Below, piece by piece: positions 13,530 through 25,424 of a stretch of 64,000 bases of DNA. A program made the position numbers and the translations under genes. Source of the DNA: the human T2T-CHM13v2.0 reference genome, Homo sapiens; assembly GCF_009914755.1 (NCBI RefSeq), contig NC_060947.1. The stretch is one strand, 5' to 3'. Under the pieces are notes generated by a model. It did not search any database. It saw nothing but the letters and a program-made list of their open reading frames with translations, and was not told the DNA's origin. How positions within the stretch are numbered: position 1 is the first letter of the stretch; every line of letters begins with the position of its first letter.

Positions 13530-15300
13530 TCTCTCCTTATTCCTCTGGCATTAGGCTTTTACCCACATCATGCCCCTAATTTGCTCTTAAGATGACAGGA
13601 AACCTCCAGGTCTCCAAATCCAGTGGTCAATATGCTAAGCTCTCATCACTCAACCTCTCAGTGTTTGACGCAGGTGAGGACTCCCCATTTCTTGAAATAA
13701 GTTCTTTGGTCTTCTGTGTGACCACTCTCTCCTAGAAAGACTCCTTCTCAGCCTCTTTTGTGAGAAGTTCCTCCTATCAGGATTGCACAAGAGTGCTCCA
13801 GGACTCAGACCCTGAATGGCCTCTCTATCCACACACCAGCCCCATGGCATCTAAGTGCACGTACTCCCAATTCCATATGTATACTGAGTTACACACGTGA
13901 TTATCCCATAGACGACTCAAGGGTAAGGTGTCCAAAATTTCATATGTCCTGAGCTTCCTTCAACCCCTTCACCTCCATAAATCTTCTCCATCTCACACGA
14001 TGTCAGCTCAGTTCACACAGTGGGTTAACATCATATCCCTGCCATAACCCTTAGTTTTCTCCATTTTCTTTACACACTCCATGCCATCCATCAGCAAAAA
14101 CTATCAATCCTTTGAAAACATACCTGTAGTCTCACCACCTCTAAAGAATGATTGAAAAAAAACATCACTGGGTCAAATGTTTTAGTTTCCATCATGGCAC
14201 AGAAGAAAGCAGAAAGAACCGAAGAGACAGCAGCCACTCAGACATATGAAAACATGCCCAAAACCCTTTCATGTGTCCCTGCTGGCACAAATAGAGCTAA
14301 TAACGGATGCTGCAGCAAGAGATTGGTGCTAAGAAATCGCCTTAGAAAGAGGTAAGAAATAGCCTTCTCTGGCAAACTTCACTAAGTCAGACTCAGCCTC
14401 CTCTGCAGGGTTCAAACTCTGTTGGCAGAGAAGCTACAGGTAGATTCCAGCACCAGGAAGACAGGTCCCTGCTGAGAGAATACTGCAGAACAAAGAAGGG
14501 GCTCTTCTATACCAACCTGCTGGAAACACTGTGAATGATCTTTGTGGTAGGAGGTGCCTCCAGAGGCCCGGAACACATCAGATAAGAAATGGCTGCTGGA
14601 CCTGAATGCCAGGGGATGAATTCCACTGGGCCACAGAGCAGCTGTGCGCCCCCTCTTTCCTGTTTGTGTCCCTGACTTGGCTGTTGAATGGACACGACGC
14701 TACTGGGACTTCTTTCATAGGATTCTTTGTGAGCATTAAATGACGTGTGTGTCCCAAGGCCCTTAGCCCAGTGCTTGGCATATACAAGGGCTGGACACAA
14801 AGTAGATTAACAGCAATTCTGAACAAGGATGCCATGCACCCCATTAAACCTTCTCACATTTTAACTGTCTCCCATGAACAAAATGCACACCTTCACAAGT
14901 ATCCATGAAGCAATCATTCAGTGCCAGATTCCAGCAAAGATATAACCATGTGATTCGCCTTCTTGGCTTCTAGTGACCTGCATGTTTCACTCTCAAATCA
15001 GGGAAACTGACTCCGACTGAAAATATTGAAAACCATCTGTCCGTGGTCACTGCCCTCAAAAACCTCTTATCACAAACACCTGCTTACTTTTCTTTCTGTC
15101 ACTAACTGCTAGACGGAAATTCTTACTTATTCATATGCTTATCAGAGTATTTATTGTCGGTCTCTTCCCACTTGTATGTCAGCTTCATGACTGCAGAGCT
15201 TTTGTTCGTGGTTGCTTTTTCCATCTGCTGGGCCTTCAGCATCTAGAACAGTGCTGGGCACACGGTAGGTTCTCAATAAATACCACAGCAATTAATTGAA
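13530..15300 (+). mobile_element. Dispersed L2 fragments (about 13530-14140 and 15040-15300)
   Basis: ccaaatccagtggtca..ctcaacctctcag and the 3' end tctagaacagtgctgggcacacggtaggttctcaataaata. Confidence 0.5.
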
Positions 15301-15917
15301 TCAGAAAAGGGTAACATCCTGAACCATTCCAGCAACCTGAGAAAGGATCTGGTTCTAAGGCAATTCACACCAAATCTGAATACTTTGCTTTCCTTTGTGC
15401 ATCTATCTAAACAGTACTGGGCCTCATTCAGAATAATGTTACAGCTGGCTGTAAACGTCAGAACTGTGGTTCGGAAGACGTTAGATCCCAGCTCAACTCA
15501 GCTGTTTCCTGGCTTTGCAACCTGTCCTCAGGGTCTGACACAGCAGCAACTTGTAAGTAAAATCAGCCAATAAATTGAGTTTTCTTGCAGATCAGTGATC
15601 CAGCCTCCCTCGTGCACATGAGTTGCACCATGGAGTAAAATGTTACTCCTTTCATTACAAAAGCTACACTGGAAATAAGTGTTGGACTAGTGTTTAGACA
15701 AATATTTCTATAAGAATAGAGTGACAAGGCTTTAAATGACATGTATCAATAAGTATATTATTCATTATGATTTAATGGATAGGGACAATTCCCATCGATG
15801 GGAATTTTGGTTTCCTCATGTGATGGGAGTTTTTCCAATTCATATCTTTGTTTTTCAAAACACAATAAGTGTTTGGATTGCTTTTATTTGTTACAGAATG
15901 TCAATGTCAGCTCTCCG

Positions 15918-16265
15918 TTGTCTTAGCTTTGTCGGCTATAACAATATACCACAGACATTTATATTGCACAGTTCTGGACGCTGGCAGGTCCAAGAATAAG
16001 GTGCTGACTGATTCGGTTCGGGGCAAGGGCCCTCTTTCTGGCTCAAAGATTGTCAAATTCTGGCTGTTTCCTCCCATGGAGGAGTGGGAGCAAACAGTGG
16101 CTTCTCTTCCTCTTCTTCTAAGGATACTAATTCCATTATGGAGCTCTACTCTCATGATCCCATCTAAGCCTAATAGCATCCCAAAGGCCCCATCTCCATA
16201 TAGATCACATTGGGGATTACAGCTTCAACAAAGGAATTTTAGGGGAACACAGATGTTCAGTGCCC
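15918..16265 (-). mobile_element. MaLR LTR (MST/MLT1A-type)
   Basis: tgtcttagc..gctataacaa..cacagttctgga..aggtccaaga..atcacattgggg..ttcaaca motifs. Confidence 0.7.
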
Positions 16266-16339
16266 CTAACCACTGTGAGGTATGTTCATTATACTATCAA
16301 AATAACTTGTACCTTTTGTTTCCTTTCTTTTTCTTTCTT

Positions 16340-16650
16340 TGTCTTTTTTCTTTTTTCTTTTTTTAGGTGGAGTCTCCCTCTGTCGCCCAGGCTTGACTGC
16401 ATTGGCATGATCTTGGCTCACTGCAACCTCAGCCTCCTGGGTTCAAAGGAGTCTCCTGCCTCAGCCACCCCGAGTAGCTGGGACTACAGGCACCCGACAC
16501 CACGACCACCTAATTTTTTTTTGTATTTTTAGTAGAGATGAGGTTTCATCATGTTGGCCAGGCTGGTCTCAAACTCCTGATCTCAGGTGATCTGCCCGCC
16601 TCGGCATCCCAAAATGCTGAAATTACAGGCATGAGCCACCATGCCCAACC
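16340..16650 (-). mobile_element. Alu (shared by all three duplicated units)
   Basis: Poly-T then Alu body; equivalent copies at ~39820-40123 and 58468-58772. Confidence 0.92.
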
Positions 16651-19600
16651 ACATTTTGTTTCCTTTCAATGGAACTTCAATAATAAGGTTATGCTTCTCA
16701 TCTTTGGTATATACAATAGGCCTTCAACTATCCATAGGATTGGGGGAATGAAGTTTCTAATCCACATCATTTAGGGTCAACTGGGGCAATGCTCTTAGGA
16801 AGTGAAACCACTGTAGGATGACGTTGCCCCAGCAGGGTGAACTCTCTTCCTCCACCTTATGAGACCAACAAGAATGCTAACTAATCTGAGTCCTAAGTTG
16901 TGGATGTTTAGACTGATAGCCCTTAACCAACCCCAACACTTCACTCTTCTGGCCAGGCCAGCAGCTCTGGAAAGAATCTCATGAAGCCCTTAACCCAGGC
17001 TGTCCTAGGTGACTATTACAATGAAGTGGTGACTAAAAACCAGTTCTGTGAGGAGTTCCAAAGGCAACAGAGAGCCTTTTTATCTAGCCCTCCCATCCCT
17101 GTAGAGCAGGGCACCCAAGTTTAGGAAGGCAGGCATGGAGCCTGCCAAAAAACAGTTCCAAGGAGGCCTCCTGCAAGCCAGGGTGCATGAGAAGAGGGAG
17201 TTAGAGAACAGATGGAAGGCTGTCCACAGTAGGAGAGCATATATAGCAGGATTGTGCAAAGAAGTAAATACACAGAGGATAATGGAAGGTAGGGTTCTCC
17301 AAAGCTGAGAAGGAAACAATACACGTGGAAAGGTGGAAAGGGAAGAAAACATAGAATAAACTCTGTATTCCTGGGCTGGTAATGGAGGTGTACTTGCAAC
17401 CTCAAGTTTGCCAATAGATATAAGAACTTCAATTCAAAACATCGTATTCTCCAACACCAAGGGAACAGGGATCCTTGTAAATGGTGCTGATTAAGTAGAA
17501 TTTGAAATTTTGACAAAACAGAGAACTACACCCTAAGCATAACAAAGAGGAGTTGTTTACATTCACAGAGTATATCCCTTTGGCAGATGTACAGTTAAAG
17601 ATTTATGCGTCTCACAAGAGGAGTGAAATGATGAACTAGAACCTCTGAAAGCTACAAGTGGTTAGAGGATGAAACCACAATCACGATGAGAGGCTTCAAT
17701 GTACCCCTCTGATTAACAGTATGCATAATCATGACAACGAGAACACTAGGTTCAATCTATTGGGCCATGATTAAGCTCCGGGTACCTAAGTATAACTTTA
17801 TGTTTTGAGAACCATTGCTGGCCTCAGGCCAGAAATGGCAGAAGGGCCATAGTTTGCCAAACCCGGCTAAAGATCATTATCTTATTTCATGTTCTTCATT
17901 GCATGTATCACTAAATGAGTTGAGAGGCATCTGATATCAGCACATCTGCAACGCCTTCATGGCGTGGGGCCAGTTGGAAGCTCCGTGGCAGAACACTGGC
18001 GCCCCAGAAACTCGTGGTGACAGGTCCCTGTATTTTCAAGCCAATTCTTTCCCACGTGGGAAAAGCACATTTCTGACAGAGTCCACTATTTCCTGCTCCC
18101 TGGGCCCTTCTGTCCTTGTGCCGTGAGGGCGTACATTTAGGGACACAGATGTGATGAGGGTGAGATGATCAAACACAATTCATTCTCAACTGTGGGAAAG
18201 AACCTTGGAGTTAACACATCCTTGAGGCAAAATATTCAAAAAATACCGCCACTTGGTCTGCCTTATGAAAGCAAAGTGGTTCTGGGCTTTGCTATTTGAA
18301 AGAAGGTAGAGGAAATGTATCCAATCCCTGCCCCCCTGCCCAGCTGAACTGCCGCCTCCCAGGTGATCCTCAGTCCAGTGAGGAAGTTTGTGAAACAGCA
18401 GCTGTGACTGAATCACCAGCTGATTGGGCTTATCATAATGCATTATAGCTCCCAAATAACATTCTTCTACATCAACCAAACTGGAGAATTAAATGGGGAG
18501 GTAGTGAAAGTCATGACCCTTGCATCTCTCAAGTCCAACGTGGACTGCTCTGTAATTCCACAGGGTGTGGGGCTGCTTTTGAATGACGACATTCACAGGG
18601 ACCTGGTATTGCCACAGCTCCCACTTGCCCCTTTCAATCATAGGAGCTACTGCTGCATGGGTCAGGAAGCCGAGGATGGTTGGGGGGTGGGGGCATTGAA
18701 AGAACACAAGTTCCATTAGGGCCTGGAATTTTGTCCTTTTGGTTAAGGGTATAACTCTAGAGGTTCAACAGTGCCTGGCACATCAAAGAGAGTCAGTAGG
18801 ATTTTGTAGAGTGAACCAATGAGTGAAAATGGGAACTCTATAATACCTTCACTGTTCCTATCAAGCGGGAAACAAATCCCTGGATGATTGGGAGGTCTCA
18901 CTGGATCTGTAGTGGAAAGTCAAAACACAACCCTGTTTATTCAAGGACTGGGGGTAATGGTGGAATTATGAATCAGAGGAGTCAGGGTAAGTTCCCAACC
19001 ACATTCAAGCTACACTCATAGGTCTGAATACATCCCTTCCCCTAGGTCACAGCTACATGGTTAAATGTTCTGTTAGACAAAAACATGAAATTTCATGGGA
19101 TGTACTTGTTGGATTTTATTATAACCCTTCCCAGCGGGTAAGCAGCTTGTCCTTCCTTCAAAAGCTCTGTGTTTGTATGTTTCTTCATGACTGCACATGA
19201 GCTGCACCCCCGCAACAAAGTGGCTCATGGAGGCCCATTTACAGCAGAGTCTGCTTTCTATGGTTGTTGGTGTTGTTAAAAAAATCAACAGAGGTCTTAG
19301 TGCATTGCTCAACAATTTTATTCCTAAGGAACCAGTGATGAATGAACCACAGCTAAATATCATTGCTGGCCCAATCATTCAGTCATTGAACTTAATAACA
19401 TTTTATCTGCTCAGTGAGTCTGTCACGCCTTCCTCTAAGTGCTGGTGATGCTTTAATGAAAGAAAAAAAAAAGAAAGAAAAACAAAACCGACCAAAAGAC
19501 ATCCTGCCATTGTGGAGTTTACATTCTAGCATGGAGAAGAAGGAACATAAGGAATAATAAACATTGCAAATTATGTGAATGACAGAAGATGAAAGAGGCT

Positions 19601-19700
19601 ATGGAACAATACAGGTTGTACAGACAGCATAAGGGGGACTCAAAGCTGAAGTGTAACTTTAAATCATGCCTTTAACATGCTGTCCCTGATGCCTTTTCTG

Positions 19701-19770
19701 TTAAATACTTTGGCTCTGATGTTCCCTTTAGGGCCGTCCTAGGCCTCTGTCATCCTGGAATCTGCTGCTG
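19701..19770 (-). pseudogene. Copy B exon 6 remnant with premature stop
   Basis: TAG|C AGC AGC AGA TTC CAG GAT GAC AGA GGC CTA GGA CGG CCC TAA; TAA at 19730-19728 replaces AAA of copy C. Confidence 0.82.
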
Positions 19771-20052
19771 CTAATAGGAAATATGGAATTCAAATTTAAT
19801 GGCAGTGTTCATTTTAATTAAGAACTCCTTTCCTCCAGTGACTACTAGCAAGCTAATTTAGCATGCTTTTAATTGATAAGGCACTTCCCTAAGCTGGGTT
19901 CATGGTCCAATTGAACTAGCCAGTATCTCAATTAGATTTGCCAGAAAAGTCATATGTAAAATAGTATTTAGGCTTACTAAGCTAACCTTTTCAGTTAAAC
20001 CAGCCCCTTTACTGCTCTTAAAAGGAAATATAAACAGAATAAAAATGTTTTG

Positions 20053-20244
20053 TCATGATTTTTGTACTGGGGTGATAGAAACCGCTCTCCACTTAAAGCA
20101 GAACTGAATGCTCTCCACCATGACCACATTGACGATATCATCTACTTGAGGTACGTATCCATCAGGAAGTTTCACAGAATCCAAGGTGAAAAAGATAGTA
20201 TTCTTTATCACCCCACTTCTTCCACGTATGTGAGTAATGCGGAC
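20053..20244 (-). pseudogene. Copy B exon 5 (VRITHIRGRSGVIKNTIFFTLDSVKLPDGYVPQVDDIVNVVMVESIQFCFKWRAVSITPVQKS*)
   Basis: TCACAG acceptor; open; ends in TGA at 20055-20053; ORF track 20053-20292. Confidence 0.88.
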
Positions 20245-20944
20245 CTGTGAGTATAAATAATGGAAATGATTATGAGAAAGCCCGATAATCACTGTAACCA
20301 GCTTTGCACCTCCTCACTCTGGGTCCTGCATGAGTGCAGGTCACTTCAATGCAAATCATTGATTTCCAACCTGGTTGGCCCATTGCTAACACCAGGGGTG
20401 CTTTGTAAGAATACCCATGTCCACACTCCACCACAGACCAATTAAAACAGGCTCTCCAGGGATGAGGCATGGGTCTTTGATGAGAAATCCAGCTCTAAAT
20501 ATTACCAAAATATGTCCATTACCCTCTATTGCCCTGAATTTGCTGGTCATGTTCAGGCTCCAATACCCAAATCATTCTCAACATTTACTGTTAAGCTCAA
20601 GTCCCACAACGCACTCCGTTCATTCTTTCCCTACAATTTTCTGACACAAAGATTGTTTTTCTTCCTCCTGTTGTTGGAAGATTCTAATAAAATTTGGGTA
20701 TTGAGTAAAATGCACAATTTAGAACTTAATCGATTAATATGCTTGTTCTACATAATTTTCTAATTATTTCCTTTGGGAAGTCCTGCCTTTTCAGTAAGAA
20801 AAGTGGCTCCTTTGTTGGCAAAGAATGTATTTCTTCATATTTTCTGGAATTCCCATTACACCCAACAGAATCCTGGGCACGAAAATTATCACGAAAGGAA
20901 GGGTTCACAGAAACCGATGATGGGAGCAACAGGAAAGAAATTAC

Positions 20945-21057
20945 CGCTTCCGCATGAATACAACGAGTGGGCTTCACAGAGCTTGCCTTGAAGTTTAAGA
21001 AGCCTGGTTCAGTGGAATATTCAACTTTTAACCAGTTGCCCTTATAAGGCACAAAAT
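20945..21057 (-). pseudogene. Copy B exon 4 (DFVPYKGNWLKVEYSTEPGFLNFKASSVKPTRCIHAEA)
   Basis: 113 nt; TTTTAG acceptor, GCG|GTAAT donor; open; ORF track 20726-21070. Confidence 0.88.
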
Positions 21058-21711
21058 CTAAAACAGCCATGGAGAAATGTGAGTGTCATGATCTCTTAAC
21101 TAGGTCATCTTGAATTGCACACGTTATTTGATAGTGTACTACTTTAAAGTCAGTTCTGCAACACCTAAAGTCATTTTTGCACATATTTAAACAGACACAC
21201 TGTAAATCGGTAAGTTCAAGAAGAAGTTTATAATCCTTAGGCATTGACTCTCCTCTACTGATTTAACAAAGTCAAATGGAGCAAAGTGTGAACTGTGCAT
21301 CACAGCCAATCTGAGGGAACAGCACAGGATTTACTAAACAACTGTTCGTGTTCACAACTCCTTAGTGAGAGGCAGTCAAACATGTAGGTAAGAGCACAAG
21401 TTTGAACCTGGCCATGTGCATTTGAATCTTGACACTGCCACTCACTCAGTTTGTAACCTTAGCCAAGATGTTTAATCTCTCTGTGCCTCGTTTTCTTCAT
21501 TTATAAAATGAGAAGCACGATAAGTAGCCTTCAAGATACTGAGCTGCTGTGACACTTAATAGATATCGTTGATACACACAGAATCATCACTGGTGCATAG
21601 TAACCACCAAATAACTGTTGATTGGTAGTAGTGGTAGCAGTACCACTAGGAAATGTTGTTACTTTCAGAATGAATCAATTTCCCCTAGTGTTGTGTTCCG
21701 CTGATGAACTC

Positions 21712-21713
<2 letters not shown>

Positions 21714-21752
<39 letters not shown>

Positions 21753-21983
21753 CTTTAAGTTCTAGGGTACATGTGCACAACGTGCAGGTTTGTTACATAT
21801 GTGTACATGTGCCATGTTGATGTGCTGCACCCATTAACTCGTCATTTACATTGGGTATATCTCCTAATGCTTTCCCTCCCCACTCCCCCCACCCCACAAC
21901 AGGCCCGGGTGTGTGATGTTCCCCTTACTGTGTCCAAGTGTTCTCATTGTTCAATTCCCACCTATGAGTGAGAACATGCGGTG
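21714..21983 (-). mobile_element. 5'-truncated young primate L1 (L1PA) 3' end with (TAA)n tail, absent from copy C
   Basis: tactttaagttctagggtacatgtgcacaacgtgcaggtttgttac...; flanked by TCTT at 21710-21713 and 21984-21987; empty site in copy C at ~53381-53395. Confidence 0.9.
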
Positions 21984-22939
21984 TCTTAAGTCTGTGCCTT
22001 AAGGGTTACCGTTAAGACCATCGAGGTTGAAACAGAAGTTTACGATAAGTTAAAAGTGACTCACAGGATAACAAATGTACGTGAAAGAATCTGGAGCAAA
22101 TGGAAATCCCAACTGCAACTGAGACCGTAAATTGCCACAGTGACTCCAGAAAACTAGCAATATCAACAAAGTGAAATATTTATTCACCTTAGGACCCAGC
22201 ATTGTAGACTGATACAAGACACAGTGTTAGACTTCTGTCTCTCTGTCTGTCTCTGTTAATTTGCATACATTTCTTTTGTGTGCGTTTACTGTATATCTAT
22301 GGGCCAATAACTCCAAAATGTATATGCCTCCAGCTCTAACCAACCTCAGGGTCAATTATCCATATGCTTACACCAATCTAATGTGTGCAAAGCTGAGTTG
22401 TTGGTATTCTTCATATTCACCAACTTTTGTTTGCCTCAGTCGTCTGCATCACAAACTGGCAACTCCACTCTCACCACTGCTCAAACCAAAAACTTTGGAG
22501 GTACCTTGGACTCATCTTTCCTCCACATCAAAGATCTAATCCATTACCTCCTGGGTTCTTCTCTAACTTCAAAATATATCCAGAGTCAACTCAATCCTCA
22601 GGTCCTCCACTTCTCCACTTTCATTCACATCTCCATCATCTCTCACCAGGAATATTACAACGGTTTCCTGACCAATTTCCTGACTCCACCCTTCCCTCAT
22701 AGTCTCTTCTCGACAAAGCAGATAGAGTCAACATCTGAAAACAAAATTCAGGTCAGGGTCCTGTTTTTGCATCCAAGGAAACAAACTAGCAAGCTGCCTG
22801 GGGAAGTGGAGCTAATCTCCCCTTTCATACCCAAGCTATATGACTGTTGCAATGGACAAAAATAGCAAAAAAAAAAAGTGTATCTTTGGTTATAAGCGAA
22901 ATATTAGAACATATCGGCTGATTACAAACAGAATTCCAC

Positions 22940-22975
<36 letters not shown>
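22940..22975. repeat. (CA)n microsatellite; shorter (TG)n equivalent in copy C at ~52409-52435
   Basis: Direct reading. Confidence 0.95.
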
Positions 22976-22976
<1 letters not shown>

Positions 22977-23054
22977 CCACAAAGCACTATCTCCAATCCT
23001 AACTTTGAAGATTTGAAGTGCATTCTTTTAAAATTTGGTACTGTGCCCTGTCAC

Positions 23055-23106
23055 AGAAACTTCTCTAGTAACCAACTACAGAAATGATCCCTGCAAGTAT
23101 AGTCTT
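23055..23106 (-). pseudogene. U3 snoRNA 5' fragment (3'-truncated pseudogene) in intron 3 of copy B
   Basis: Reverse complement aagactatacttgcagggatcatttctgtagttggttactagagaagtttct closely matches the recalled U3 5' end AAGACTATACTTTCAGGGATCATTTCTATAGTGTGTTACTAGAGAAGTTTCT. Confidence 0.85.
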
Positions 23107-23424
23107 TGAAGGGTATTAAAAATAGTGTCTCTGTGTACTTGTAGGATTGTTTCCATGATTAGAAACTAAATTCTTATGTGAATGAAAAATATATCCAGGC
23201 ATTACTGAGGGCATTGAACAAATGAACGCACAATAGACGACAGCAGACATTTTAAAATACTTCCTATTTGCCCCTATATTGTACATAATTTCAATTGGAA
23301 AGGTCTACCTGTAATATTGAAGAGCCATTGGCTGAAGCCAAGTACACTGTAAAATTTGTTCTAGGACTAAAATCCACTCAAAAAATTAAGAATTACATCA
23401 TATATCACAAAATGTAAGTCATAC

Positions 23425-23569
23425 CTTCAGAAACAATGTCCATAGGGAAATAAATGATGTTACTAATATAAACAGTATCTTCACTTATAGAAGTAACACA
23501 TCCATTTAAAACTCTGATTTTTGAGTCTGAGGGTCCATCATCGTTAAGAGGGTGAGGCACAACATCCAC
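23425..23569 (-). pseudogene. Copy B exon 3 (VDVVPHPLNDDGPSDSKIRVLNGCVTSISEDTVYISNIIYFPMDIVSE)
   Basis: 145 nt; TTACAG acceptor and GTATGA donor intact; open by manual translation. Confidence 0.88.
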
Positions 23570-25424
23570 CTGTAAGATTTAGGAAAGAGTTACTTCAAAA
23601 ATAATACAAATTTAAACACAGGAACTTACATGGTTAAAACACTGGTATTCCAAAATATTTTCAAAAACCATCCTTAACACTGGTGAATATAGTTCACGTG
23701 CTAAATGGACCATAGACTTGAGATGATGGTAGAAATCATGTGTGTGCTTCATGAATTGTGAAATGTATCCCAAAACATTAATTGCATACCCAAGTTTAAT
23801 GCCCTTGTACCATTAGATTCCCAGATTTAAAAAATACCGTCATTCACCTAAAGGAATTCACAGTGAAATGACGGTAAAATGGAAAGATATGTAGTCTTAG
23901 CAGGTTGTGATGAATGATATAAGACTAGTTTAAAGATAGTTTCTGTGACTTACCTAAACGGAGAACATTTCAGACAGGGAGAAAATAGCGGCATTGCTTG
24001 GGGGAAGTCAGATTTGTGCTGGGTTGTGAAAGAAGGCAGAGGTGTAAACTTGTAAACACGAGTAGAGGAGCAGGAAGGCAGAGAGGAAAAACAACACAAT
24101 TTAGAAGCCTAGGGAGCAAAACCCTAACATTCCAGATCCAGGTCTAGGAGACAGAAGTTCAAGTTAAAGTTGGAACAATAACCTCAACTGGGGGAGGTTC
24201 AATAAACCAAGTCAAATTAGGGCTTTACTTTATCTACAATAGAGAGGCATACAAACCTTTTTCCTTATTGGAAGTGTAATAGTCCTTATTTTATAATCCT
24301 TAAAACTTACAGAAATAATGCAAGTTCATTGTACTAAAAGTAGGGGAAAAAAAAAACAGATATGCAGACAGCAAAAGGCGGTTACACCATAATCCATATT
24401 CCATTACCAAGAGACCACCAGGGACTACATTTTCTCAGTAACACTCATCCTGATGTTTTTGTCTGTGCACAAATATATATACATATGTAAATACTCATTT
24501 TAAAAGCAAATTAGCATGGTATTCAGTAGTAAAGTATCACATTAAATGAACACAAAGTTTTTCAAATAACAAGAGAGGACAGAAACACTCATAGAGAATC
24601 CCAATTAATGGATGTGCCGTAATTTACTAACCCAATTCCACGTAATTAGACATTTCGCTTTTGTCTTAAAATTTGTACTACTTGCTTGACTTAACTATAG
24701 GATAAACTCCTAGGGTTGGAATTTGCAGATCAAAGACTTCTGATGGAAACTTGAGCCACTGAGTTGTAAATAATTTTTCATGGTTTTAAAAATAGCCTAG
24801 TTTGCTGCTATTCTCATTTCTTAACTGGTGTCTTTCCAGCTGTCAATACCAATCTGATGTTTATTTTCCCCTCACTTACTGTCATGAAGGAATGAGGCAT
24901 TAGCCTCCCATCCATGTGTCTACCACCACTTCCGTCAGTATCCCAGTGGATGATCCACAGCACCCTCGGACCTCTCTGTTCCTTGACTCCACGCCAACTC
25001 ACAGACATATGCAGACTAAAGCTTTGCCCATGTTTCATGGCTCCCAACTCTGTTTCTTATGCCTTGGAAATACCACCAACACAACAGCAGGTACGGACAG
25101 ATTGAAATGTTTGCAATAATGCGTTGTATGACAGAAGTGGCATTTCAATACGATAGGGGCAAAGTGGATTATACAATTAACGTTTAGGGCAACTGAATAG
25201 CCAGTAGTGAAACAAGACGCGGATCCTTCTCTCAGTCTTATACATGGAAAGTAAACACAGGCTGACTGTACGTTTAGATATAAATAAATGAATGACTTTC
25301 AGAAGAAAAACTAAGTGAATACTCGTGTAAATTATGTGTTAGAATTAGCCTAAGGAAACTTCCTGAACCCAGAAGCCACATGGACAAGATGGACATATTT
25401 ATAGTATGTAAAAATTAAACAGAT

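Larger units (their letters stand above)
1..18075 (+). repeat. Segmental duplication unit 1 (direct repeat of 23216-41539)
   Basis: Position 1 gaacaaatgaac..caata recurs at 23216; paired ORFs in the track (e.g. 14507/37988); colinear to TTTCTG at 18070-18075 = 41534-41539; roughly 90% identity by eye. Confidence 0.9.

Noticed and set aside
14507-14844. 97-aa and 88-aa ORFs conserved in three copies as a novel gene family
   Set aside because: Both overlapping frames and the flanks are equally conserved, so this is DNA-level identity rather than codon-level constraint; no recognisable domain
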